A stretch of 64,000 nt of DNA from a virus: positions 6,649 to 70,648 of IMG/VR virus record IMGVR_UViG_3300008735_000004. One strand, given 5' to 3'. Both the position numbers and the translations under genes were made by a program. Positions within the stretch are counted from its first letter, which is position 1. Each line of letters starts with the position of its first letter. The notes below the pieces were generated by a model. The model saw nothing but the letters and a program-made list of their open reading frames with translations. It had not been told where the DNA came from and ran no database searches. This document shows, in pieces, positions 41,796-50,582 of the stretch.

Positions 41796-43100
41796 TTAAA
41801 CGTCGAGCTGAATCCAAGCTTCCCCGATCGCTCCGCCTTCACAGAATTCTAAGATCTTTTCGGCTGGATCGGCGCCTGGCCACTTGCTTTCCCATGTGCT
41901 GCTTTCTGCCTCTAGGGCTGCACTGATTGCATTGTATGCAAAATTATACAAGAATTGAGGTACGCCTTTGGTGCCCGTTCCGGCTACTCTGTAGCCTGCA
42001 TTATCTTCATATACAGTTTGCACTGTATCTAATAAGTCTTTTCCAAATCTATAATCTACGCCCATTAAACGTCCAACACATTGAGCATCGTCAGTTGTAT
42101 GAGGCATAAAGTTACCGTAGTAATCAGATTTAAGGAATGAACCTGCTGTTCCTTGGCTAGCTTCACTATTGAAGGTATAGAAGGAATATTCTTTTTCAAC
42201 CGATTTGTAACCAGTATCAGAAATATCTGTAGTAGATCCAGGAGCAACAGAACCTACGTTAGCAAGATCATAAACAAAGTTTATAACAACAGATTCTGTA
42301 CCTGTACCTTGATCTGTGCTGAAAGTAATATCTCCAGCAGCATCAACACTATAATCAGTAACTAATGTTAAGTCAGCTCCGTCATATGTAACCACACCTA
42401 AGCTACTAAAAGTAGCGCCAGCATGAGCAGCTGCATATGTTGCAAAAGCCACTGTAACAGGAGTCGCAGTTGCGTCTGATAAATCTAATGCAGCAGTATA
42501 GCTACCGTCTAAATCTTCAGCACCGCCTTCTGCACCAGCAACAGCTGGAACAAATAAACCAGCTTGTCCCATAAAAGTATCGAATGTGTAGGTATCTACA
42601 GCAGGTAATTTAATTAATTGTCGGCTCAATACGCCGTAGTTTTTATTACGCATATCATAATTAAGATTTTCACCTCTAATATCTTGATATACATCGTGCT
42701 CTGAAACACCAATAGGTTTATTAGCAGGCATCACATAGTCTGCAGCATCTGAAGGCGAAGTAACTGTTCTAGCTGTTCCACCATTTGCTGGGACCATTAA
42801 ACCCATAATACCCTTAGCAACGCCATAATAGTCTGTCCCATCACCAATAACTCCTTCTGGAGCATCATTGGATGTAATTGCAGAAACAATACGACCTTTA
42901 GGAATCACAACCCAATCTTCAGTATTAATATCCTGGAAAGATTCAGGTAAATGTTTAAAAGGCAGCAATGGAAATGCTGGACGAACTCCATCAGATTGAC
43001 TAATATTCGGTCTACCCGGAGACAGTCTGTATTTAGATGGTGCGCCTTTTAGTGGTCGAGTCGGAGCTCCTTTTGCGTTAAAGTTAATCTTGTTAGCCAT
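41796..43100 (-). CDS. Capsid-associated/decoration protein, paralogue 2 with Ig-like insertion (434 aa)
   Basis: Near-identical to the upstream gene over the N- and C-terminal parts, with a central ~90-aa beta-rich insert. Confidence 0.6.
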   Translation of the reverse strand: MANKINFNAKGAPTRPLKGAPSKYRLSPGRPNISQSDGVRPAFPLLPFKHLPESFQDINTEDWVVIPKGRIVSAITSNDAPEGVIGDGTDYYGVAKGIMGLMVPANGGTARTVTSPSDAADYVMPANKPIGVSEHDVYQDIRGENLNYDMRNKNYGVLSRQLIKLPAVDTYTFDTFMGQAGLFVPAVAGAEGGAEDLDGSYTAALDLSDATATPVTVAFATYAAAHAGATFSSLGVVTYDGADLTLVTDYSVDAAGDITFSTDQGTGTESVVINFVYDLANVGSVAPGSTTDISDTGYKSVEKEYSFYTFNSEASQGTAGSFLKSDYYGNFMPHTTDDAQCVGRLMGVDYRFGKDLLDTVQTVYEDNAGYRVAGTGTKGVPQFLYNFAYNAISAALEAESSTWESKWPGADPAEKILEFCEGGAIGEAWIQLDV

Positions 43101-43118
43101 TATTAGTTATCCCCTAGA

Positions 43119-44141
43119 TTAAACGTTAAGTTGGATCCAAGCTTCACCAAATGCACCAGCAGCTACAGCAAGAGCAACAACTTCTGCTGCGTCTTTACCT
43201 GCATAATTACCACCGTCACCAAGTTCAGCAGTCCAAGAAGTTCCAGCTTTAACAAAAGCTTGTGTCATTGCCGCATAAGCAAAGTCATATAAGAACTGAG
43301 GAATACCCATGGTACCTGTTCCGGAAACTCTGTAACCAGCATTATCTTCATAAACAGATTGTACTGTATCTAGTAAATCTTTATTAAAACGATAATCAAC
43401 ACCCATTAAACGTCCAACTACTTGAGCGCCTGATCCGGCCATAAAATTACCATAGTAATCAGATTTTAGTTCTGTACCTGCAATACCATCTGTAGCACCT
43501 TCTTTAACAGTTAACCAAGAAAATTTAGGATTAACAGCAAAGTAAGCAGATGCGGCAGCTAAACCAGCAGCAGCCGGAGCGCCTTCTGAAGTATCACAGA
43601 AGCAATCAGCAGCCATACCAGTAAAAGCATCTAATGCAGTAAGATCAACGCAAGGAAGTTTAATTAACTGACGACTTAATACGCCGTAGTTTTTACTTCT
43701 CATGTCATAGTTTAAGTATTCGCCTCTGAGGTCTTGGTATACGTCATGTTCTGCAACACCAATTGGTGCGTTTGCGGGAATAGTTTTAGTAGCAGCATCT
43801 ACAGGTGATGTTACTTCTTTAGCAACTCCACCGTTAGCTGGAACCATCAGTCCCATAATTCCTTTAGGTACACCATAGTAGTCCAGACCATCACCGAGAT
43901 CACCATCATTAGATGTGATCGCAGATACGATACGTCCTTTAGGTATTACAACCCAGTCTTCAGTGTTAACGTCCAAAAAACTTTCTTCTAAATGCTTATA
44001 AGGCATTAAAGGAAAAGCAGGACGGATCCCATCAGATTGACTGATATTAGGTCTACCTGGGGATTTTTGATATTTCGAAGGGGCTCTCTTCAAGTCTCTT
44101 GATGGAGCACCCTGTGCGCTAAAATTAATTTTGTTAGCCAT
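43119..44141 (-). CDS. Capsid-associated/decoration protein, paralogue 1 (340 aa)
   Basis: Lies between scaffold and MCP. Shares MANKINF, EDWVVIPKGRIVSAI and GEAWIQL with paralogue 2. Confidence 0.6.
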   Translation of the reverse strand: MANKINFSAQGAPSRDLKRAPSKYQKSPGRPNISQSDGIRPAFPLMPYKHLEESFLDVNTEDWVVIPKGRIVSAITSNDGDLGDGLDYYGVPKGIMGLMVPANGGVAKEVTSPVDAATKTIPANAPIGVAEHDVYQDLRGEYLNYDMRSKNYGVLSRQLIKLPCVDLTALDAFTGMAADCFCDTSEGAPAAAGLAAASAYFAVNPKFSWLTVKEGATDGIAGTELKSDYYGNFMAGSGAQVVGRLMGVDYRFNKDLLDTVQSVYEDNAGYRVSGTGTMGIPQFLYDFAYAAMTQAFVKAGTSWTAELGDGGNYAGKDAAEVVALAVAAGAFGEAWIQLNV

Positions 44142-44154
44142 TTTTATTTATCTC

Positions 44155-44946
44155 CTATTTACGTTTCAGATAAGATCTGATAACTTTTCGTGCGTCGCTC
44201 ATGGCGCCTTCATTGTCTTCTTCTTTGTCCAAACCATCAGGTTTGTCCTCTGAGAGTGTTTCGTCATCCAGACTCTCTGTTGGAGCTTCTACAAAAGTCT
44301 CCGTCATTTTGTGAGAGAGGTCTCTGAATATTGTTTTGAGTTCATCGAGATTTTTCTCTATTAAGGATTCTTTATACTCCTTACTGGAATTCCCGATATC
44401 TTCTAGGTTAATTTCTGAACAACGCAGTGCTACAGCATTTTGTACGATTGAATCGACTAATACTTCGCGAACTCGTTCTTCTTCTTCCGTAGATTTATCT
44501 TCTTCAGAATCTTCGGTTTCAGTAGCTTCTTCTTCTTCTTCAGCTTCCTCTTCTTCAGATTCTTCGGCCTCAGCTTCTTCTTTAGATTCTTCATCTTCAG
44601 GATCTTTTTCTTCTTCCTCTTCAGCTTCATCTTCCTCTTCTGCTGTCGGCTTTGCATTTTCAAGGCCTTTATTATAGGCTTCTTCTTTTACAGAAGCAAT
44701 ATACTCAGCCATGCCATCAACTGCTAAAGCTTCGACAAGATCTTCCGGAACATCTTTATTATCATCATTTTCAGAATTTTCTTCTACTGGTTCGATAGAG
44801 TCAATAGCTGCAAAAAAGCCGTCTTTAACTTCTTGAGAAACTTTTGTATTCTTCTCAATAAGAAGGCGTACTCTTTCTAGCTTTTCAGCAGAAGCATCTT
44901 CTAGCATTTCTGATAAGTTTTCTAAAATAGAATCATCGAATTTCAT
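44155..44946 (-). CDS. Putative scaffolding protein (263 aa, Glu-rich)
   Basis: Highly acidic and helical, with a basic C-terminal tail; follows the protease. Confidence 0.6.
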   Translation of the reverse strand: MKFDDSILENLSEMLEDASAEKLERVRLLIEKNTKVSQEVKDGFFAAIDSIEPVEENSENDDNKDVPEDLVEALAVDGMAEYIASVKEEAYNKGLENAKPTAEEEDEAEEEEEKDPEDEESKEEAEAEESEEEEAEEEEEATETEDSEEDKSTEEEERVREVLVDSIVQNAVALRCSEINLEDIGNSSKEYKESLIEKNLDELKTIFRDLSHKMTETFVEAPTESLDDETLSEDKPDGLDKEEDNEGAMSDARKVIRSYLKRK

Positions 44947-44970
44947 TTTGATATTTCCTCGTATTAAATT

Positions 44971-46110
44971 CTATTGGATAAGTTCTAGTGACTTTAAAAC
45001 AGAATCAATCTGTTCTTGTTTTTCGGTTTCTTTAGCAAGTTCCTTAGCTGTTTCAAGATTATCCTTAAAAGTAGCTTCAGTATATACTAAAATTTCTTGT
45101 TGGTCTTCTGGAGATAATCCATCCCAGTTACCTAACTGTTCTATATATTTTGTAATTTGATCTTCCCAGCTATCATACTTTGTAAGAATATCTTCCATCG
45201 TAGGTTTGACTGGGGGATTCTCAGGCTTATCACCTTTTAATTTTTGTTTATTCTCATTATCCTCTGATTCTTTATCTGTATTTACATATACTAAGCCTTT
45301 AGCTGCTATATACGCTTCTTTATCATGATCTACAGCTTCCCAGAGAATAGAGTTAGCAACACTTTCAATTTCCATATTATCAGATGTGGCATACTCCACT
45401 TCTGAGTCAGAAAATACTAATGCTTCTCTGTGTTTATCTTCTGTATGATAAGGAAGGGGTTTTTCACCATCCATCATACTATATGAAACAATTTGAGCAG
45501 CACCTTCTTCAGAACGATAATCTGCGGGTGCGTTTACGATCGAAACTTCTTTATAGTCCATGGCTCCTATAGTCCAGAAGCACTTTTCTTCTTTACCAGT
45601 TTTTTCATTTTCGTAAACATTTCCACGCATATGACCACACCATTCATCGGCAGTCAAAATATTTGTTCCACAAATAGAACATTTGACATATTGTAATTCA
45701 GCAGGAGCATCTTCCATAGGAGCTCCATGAGCAGATACAGTTAAGTATCGTCCATCTATAATTTTTTGAATAGCTTCCTTGTCAGTAACTTTAACGTCTA
45801 ATTGGGTAAAGCCCTCAGCTTCGGATGTTTTAATATAACGAGAAGCAGAAACTCTTCCAAGAGGTTCGCTCTCCATATCGTGATTTTTTAGTAATGGTTT
45901 TTCAAAAGGTTTAATCCACACATCCTGGGAAACAGCATAAGACATTGCGCCTGAATCATAACAAAAACCATTTCTATTAACATAACCGGCATGCGTTGCA
46001 TCAACAGTTATTAATAGAGATTCCGGAATTGCTCCGCTAGGAGTATACGAAACACTCGAAAAATCACTAGTAGTTTCGTCTCTGAAATCATTTTTTAATA
46101 GTTTACTCAT
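44971..46110 (-). CDS. Prohead protease (likely start 46110)
   Basis: KPLLKNHD, PLGRV, IIDGRYLTVS, CSICG...CGH and EVSIVNAPAD motifs. A GGAGG RBS precedes the ATG at 46110. Confidence 0.8.
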   Translation of the reverse strand: MSKLLKNDFRDETTSDFSSVSYTPSGAIPESLLITVDATHAGYVNRNGFCYDSGAMSYAVSQDVWIKPFEKPLLKNHDMESEPLGRVSASRYIKTSEAEGFTQLDVKVTDKEAIQKIIDGRYLTVSAHGAPMEDAPAELQYVKCSICGTNILTADEWCGHMRGNVYENEKTGKEEKCFWTIGAMDYKEVSIVNAPADYRSEEGAAQIVSYSMMDGEKPLPYHTEDKHREALVFSDSEVEYATSDNMEIESVANSILWEAVDHDKEAYIAAKGLVYVNTDKESEDNENKQKLKGDKPENPPVKPTMEDILTKYDSWEDQITKYIEQLGNWDGLSPEDQQEILVYTEATFKDNLETAKELAKETEKQEQIDSVLKSLELIQ

Positions 46111-46447
46111 AAGTGTCCTCCGACAAAAGTTCCGGAAATTGATCAACGCTACGTGTCATCTTTTTACATCTAGGACACTTCACTTCGACATCTGTTCCAG
46201 GAACAATTTTTGCAAGTAATTTATTACATAGTGTGGGTGCGCCCCATCTTTCAGACTTCTTTTCGTCTAATTCCTGACAACGTAGTTCCACTAAGTTTAT
46301 TGGAACACAGTTTGCTTTTACGTTTATATGAGAACATCCTCGCTTTTGGCATTTAATTTCTACCGCATAAGGATTTTCACCGTCTTTGTATTTACAAAGC
46401 AAGGCGCCACACGCGGGACACCTAAAATCTAGATACTTTTTATTCAT
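46103..46447 (-). CDS. Tandem Com-like zinc-ribbon protein (114 aa)
   Basis: Two repeats: FRCPACGALLCK...VEIKCQKRGC and LRC...CNKLLAK...VEVKCPRCK. Confidence 0.7.
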   Translation of the reverse strand: MNKKYLDFRCPACGALLCKYKDGENPYAVEIKCQKRGCSHINVKANCVPINLVELRCQELDEKKSERWGAPTLCNKLLAKIVPGTDVEVKCPRCKKMTRSVDQFPELLSEDTYE

Positions 46448-46449
46448 TC

Positions 46450-48204
46450 TTACTCCTTGGTTATATCAGCTTCGAGTGCTGTAAATATTGAATTTACTGC
46501 ATCTGGTAATTTGTTGTCTCTTAGGTACTCTGACACTAGCATCTTTAGTAGAGTTATGTCATACGTCTCTAACTTAGACCCGCTTAGGATCCTGTAAAGG
46601 TCCTCTTTAGAGTCAGCTTTTAAGCAAGTATCCCATAATTTTATGTAATAATCTTTAGATACATTTGGTTTTGCTAATTGAGTACCATGTTGGTTACTAG
46701 GTCTAGCATTATTCTCCGCAGTGTTTTCTGCCGCGTTAGTCTGTACCGCTGCAGTTGCTTTTGCTAAAGGTATTTGGATTTTACTAATGTATAGTCCCTC
46801 CCTCTCTGCATCACTTAGGATATCTCTACCTAGTTCTTTTCTAAGCTCGTCTTCTGTGATTGTATTATTATTATATAGGTTAAGATAATGAGCTTCTCTT
46901 CTAATTTTCTCAGCTAGATCGATTTCTGGAATAGATAAATATACCATGTTGTCATCGTCTAGTGTGAACTCTGAGTAACCTACTTCATAAAGTAGTTCTC
47001 TGATTATATAAAATTCTATAGCATTTTTAATAATTCTTTGAAATTTAGCAGAAGTACTTTGCATTTCTGCACTTAAAGTTTGTGCGGTAGATCTATTTGC
47101 AGTAGATCCATCACCCATTGCTATTCCTGACATTCCTAACCCGGCCATTACACGAGCTCTGAAATAAGATATAGAGGCTGTTAAAATATTATTAGCTTGT
47201 GTAGCTTTTGCAACATCATCTAAACTAACTCGTTCAGTTGTAACTAATATACCATCCCCAGTAATATTACGAATAGTAGAAGCTAAATCATCTACTTGTT
47301 CCTGTGTACCGGGCTGTTCCTTTGAGCCTACCTTAGCATGTATTTTTGGGACTGCTACCTTAATAGATTCTAATAAAGATAATTCTTCTAATTCTCGTAG
47401 AGCTTCCATGTCTGCTAAAACTGGTATTGACATAGGCATTGCAAAGAAATATTGCGATGGAGATGATCCTCGATCTTTAACATGGATAACATTATGAGGT
47501 GGCCATTCTGGAGTTTTTATCTCCTCTTTCTGGCCCAGTCTAGAAATTAAACTAGCAGTAGTACTAGCTGTGGTCGGCAATTGTCTCCATTTTCTAACAT
47601 TACCAAAATCATCTTTATCAACCTCTATGCTTGTTAAATCTACAACATTATAACCGGCAACAGGTACACGTTGATATCCATCAAAAGTTTTACGAGGTTT
47701 ACCCCCAGATGCTTTTCTATTACGGCGTTTAATAATAACTACATTATTATATAATACGATATTAAAAGCAATTTCATCTAAAAAATCATCAGTAGGTTTA
47801 TTCTGTACTGTAGCAATTTGATCAAAACGTTTTCTAATATATTTAACAGTGTTAGGATTATTTCCTATAAATTCCCATTTTTGCTTACGAATCTGTTCTA
47901 CGTATTTTTCAATAGCACGTCTAAACATTGATTCATTAGTGAAAGCAAGTTGAACTTTAGCCATATCCCACTCCGGAGCACGAAAGATTCCTCTTTGTCC
48001 TCCTTTAAAAGCGCTAAGTACGTTTGATTTTAATGTTTTAAGAATACTTGATAAACTAGAGGAACGCGCATCCTTTACTTGTTTTAAAGGTAAAGAATCT
48101 TGCTCAACAGTTTGATTTCTCTTTTTTAAGACATGTTCGATCTTATCTTCTAGAGTTTCTTTAGGTTCTCTTCTTAAAAAAGAGAAAAATGTTCGTTTGG
48201 CCAT
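46450..48204 (-). CDS. Portal protein (584 aa)
   Basis: Lies between terminase and protease. NVIHVK, GLGMSGIAMGDGSTANRSTA and ITEDELRKELG patterns. Confidence 0.85.
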   Translation of the reverse strand: MAKRTFFSFLRREPKETLEDKIEHVLKKRNQTVEQDSLPLKQVKDARSSSLSSILKTLKSNVLSAFKGGQRGIFRAPEWDMAKVQLAFTNESMFRRAIEKYVEQIRKQKWEFIGNNPNTVKYIRKRFDQIATVQNKPTDDFLDEIAFNIVLYNNVVIIKRRNRKASGGKPRKTFDGYQRVPVAGYNVVDLTSIEVDKDDFGNVRKWRQLPTTASTTASLISRLGQKEEIKTPEWPPHNVIHVKDRGSSPSQYFFAMPMSIPVLADMEALRELEELSLLESIKVAVPKIHAKVGSKEQPGTQEQVDDLASTIRNITGDGILVTTERVSLDDVAKATQANNILTASISYFRARVMAGLGMSGIAMGDGSTANRSTAQTLSAEMQSTSAKFQRIIKNAIEFYIIRELLYEVGYSEFTLDDDNMVYLSIPEIDLAEKIRREAHYLNLYNNNTITEDELRKELGRDILSDAEREGLYISKIQIPLAKATAAVQTNAAENTAENNARPSNQHGTQLAKPNVSKDYYIKLWDTCLKADSKEDLYRILSGSKLETYDITLLKMLVSEYLRDNKLPDAVNSIFTALEADITKE

Positions 48205-50582
48205 TATAAATCTGTTCCTGCTTTATTTAATATTGATTGAAGTTCCTGTATATCATCAGAAGACATGCTCTTTAGACACTCGCCTTTCTTGGATCCTTGA
48301 ATAGCATCAGAAGCTTCCTCGGAAGAAAGTCCCATGTATTGCATCATAAATTTTTGTACCTCTGCATCTTCTTGTAAAACTAATAAACCAATAGGGTCTA
48401 TGTCATTATTAGTTATGTCAATCTTATTCCCCGTTGGCATAGAAGTTAGAAAATTTCCTGCCCCACCGCTGCTAACATTAGTTATATTTTGTGAACCTGT
48501 ATTTCCTGAGACATTTACACCGGTACCTGTAGTATAGGTACCCTCGCCATTTCCTGTTTGCATTGTAGTTTCTTGGCTAGTTCCATCTTTATCAAGCTCA
48601 GAATTAGATTTATCTTTATTTTTATATTTATTACAAATAAGAATACCATCAGCATTTAAAGCTAATAACCAATCAATCATATTAATTAATCCTTTAAGCA
48701 TGGGTACTAGTCTACTTTCTTCAACTTCTTTATCATCACTGTTCCATGCTTCATTAATAGCTTTATTTTTCTGTTTTAAAAGCATCATATTTTTTATACG
48801 CTGAATAAAGGCCTGAACGGATTTAAAGAAACCATCTTTTCCGAAAATAGAAGTTATTAACATAATTAAAACTTTTTCCCAAGGTAAACATTTTACGGCA
48901 GCAGAATAATAAGTACTACCAGGTTTCCAGATACCACCATTAGTTTCACATGTTTCTTTATCTCCAAATTCAGTTAAATAACGTCCATCCGTATCAAAGC
49001 AATGTCCTTGGGCAGCGGCTTGTTTATCAGCCTCTTCCTCCCATTCCTTCTTACGGTCAGCCACCCATTTAACCGATTGAGTCATTAGATGTTCTCTAAT
49101 AACGTCTACCATTGTCATTAAAATTAATTGAACACTATTGGTAGTTAATTCAATCATATTAAAACCTAAAGCCGGTAAACCAACTTTACCGTGTTTTGTT
49201 TCTAATAATACTAATAATATTTGTGCAATACTTTTAACATCGTCTAGCCATGCCTTTTGCTCTGATAAGAAGTCTTCCAATGACATTGGATTCTCTTTGT
49301 AATATACAATTTCTTCTAGAATCTTTTCAAGTCTTTTTTCAAGTTTATTTAAAGCCGAAGTCATGGTAGCAAGTGACCATTCTCCGCCCCCTAAATACAT
49401 ATCTACAATCGAATCTAAAATCTTTTTTTCAATTTTGCTAGAGGTGCTAGTTTCATCTAATGCATTAATAAAATCACTGGCCACTTCTAACTGAGATATT
49501 CCGCTTTCTAATTTTGATATATTACCAGTAAGCATTGGTTTTATTTTTGTCAAAACTTTTTGCTCTTGCTCAAGTAACCATATTTTAGCCGGAGAGAGGT
49601 TATTAGGATCAAGTTCATGCTCTGCTAAATAATCTAAAAGTTCTGGTTGATTTTTCATAATTTCATAAAAAATACAACAATAAAATTGAACATCAACAGC
49701 AGTGTCCTGCGCTATTTGCAAGAATCCATTAGTAGTGTCTGCCGCAGTATTTAGTACCCCATTACCTACATCATAAGAAAACCCTCCTAAGAGGTTACTC
49801 ATCATATCGTCAACACTGGGCTTTGTAGGATCAACATAATGGCCTAAGAGAAGAGGGGCTTCGTCATACTGATTATCTGAAACTTCTAATGGTACATATT
49901 GTTTAAAGTCTGGACTCGGGAAAGAAGAACCTTTTCCAGGTTTATTATAGAACTCTATTATAAGTTTTCCACCATTCTTCCATAAATCCTCATGCTCTCC
50001 TTCTTTAGGTTCTAACTTTATAGAGCTAACAGCCATGGTAAAAACAGCCGTTTGTTTTTTATTACCACTAACATTGTCGTAAGAAGTATCTTTATCAAAG
50101 ACGGAAAATAAAGTAGCTTTAGTAGGTCCTATCCAAAAATTAGCATCTTTACTATAAATTATGCCATTTTCCTTTGATGCTTTTTTCAGACCGCCACTGG
50201 GAATTCTTAAAGGATCATCACCGGGATAATCTTCAATAATAATTTTATTTGAATCATTGGCTGCCAATTCGCGAAATTGTCCATACCTTATTTCAAAATA
50301 ATCACTACCTCCCTTAGTTTTAATCTTAGGATCACGTCCCCAGTCACCTACTTTATATGCAAGAGCATTTTTTAAGATAGATTCAAGTTTCAAAATAGGA
50401 TGAGATGTGGCAGTAATTATATCCGGCTTAGCTGTCATAGCCTCGCCTTTATGCATCAGAATATCAACAGTTGCTTGTAACTCTGCTTCAGCTTTTGCTT
50501 TAGCTTCGTCTACAGCTTCATCGGTGTTCTCTTGTAATGTGTCCAAATAGCTTTGAGCTAGTTGTTCCATATCTGATGGCAT
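48204..50582 (-). CDS. Hypothetical protein (792 aa) with one Cys/Trp module
   Basis: TAATG-coupled on both sides. Helical, and contains GHCFDTDG...TCETNGGIW. Confidence 0.7.
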   Translation of the reverse strand: MPSDMEQLAQSYLDTLQENTDEAVDEAKAKAEAELQATVDILMHKGEAMTAKPDIITATSHPILKLESILKNALAYKVGDWGRDPKIKTKGGSDYFEIRYGQFRELAANDSNKIIIEDYPGDDPLRIPSGGLKKASKENGIIYSKDANFWIGPTKATLFSVFDKDTSYDNVSGNKKQTAVFTMAVSSIKLEPKEGEHEDLWKNGGKLIIEFYNKPGKGSSFPSPDFKQYVPLEVSDNQYDEAPLLLGHYVDPTKPSVDDMMSNLLGGFSYDVGNGVLNTAADTTNGFLQIAQDTAVDVQFYCCIFYEIMKNQPELLDYLAEHELDPNNLSPAKIWLLEQEQKVLTKIKPMLTGNISKLESGISQLEVASDFINALDETSTSSKIEKKILDSIVDMYLGGGEWSLATMTSALNKLEKRLEKILEEIVYYKENPMSLEDFLSEQKAWLDDVKSIAQILLVLLETKHGKVGLPALGFNMIELTTNSVQLILMTMVDVIREHLMTQSVKWVADRKKEWEEEADKQAAAQGHCFDTDGRYLTEFGDKETCETNGGIWKPGSTYYSAAVKCLPWEKVLIMLITSIFGKDGFFKSVQAFIQRIKNMMLLKQKNKAINEAWNSDDKEVEESRLVPMLKGLINMIDWLLALNADGILICNKYKNKDKSNSELDKDGTSQETTMQTGNGEGTYTTGTGVNVSGNTGSQNITNVSSGGAGNFLTSMPTGNKIDITNNDIDPIGLLVLQEDAEVQKFMMQYMGLSSEEASDAIQGSKKGECLKSMSSDDIQELQSILNKAGTDL

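Noticed and set aside
41796-44141. Duplicated sequence as a DGR template/variable repeat pair
   Set aside because: Both copies are full coding paralogues, the differences do not look adenine-specific, and no reverse transcriptase is in the window.
44457-44663. 68-aa Lys-rich minus-strand ORF
   Set aside because: It is an alternate-frame reading of the GAA-rich Glu tract in the scaffold gene.
46111-46146. Track start of the prohead protease at 46146
   Set aside because: The ATG at 46110 has a GGAGG RBS and only a short overlap with the Com-like gene, so it is the more plausible start.
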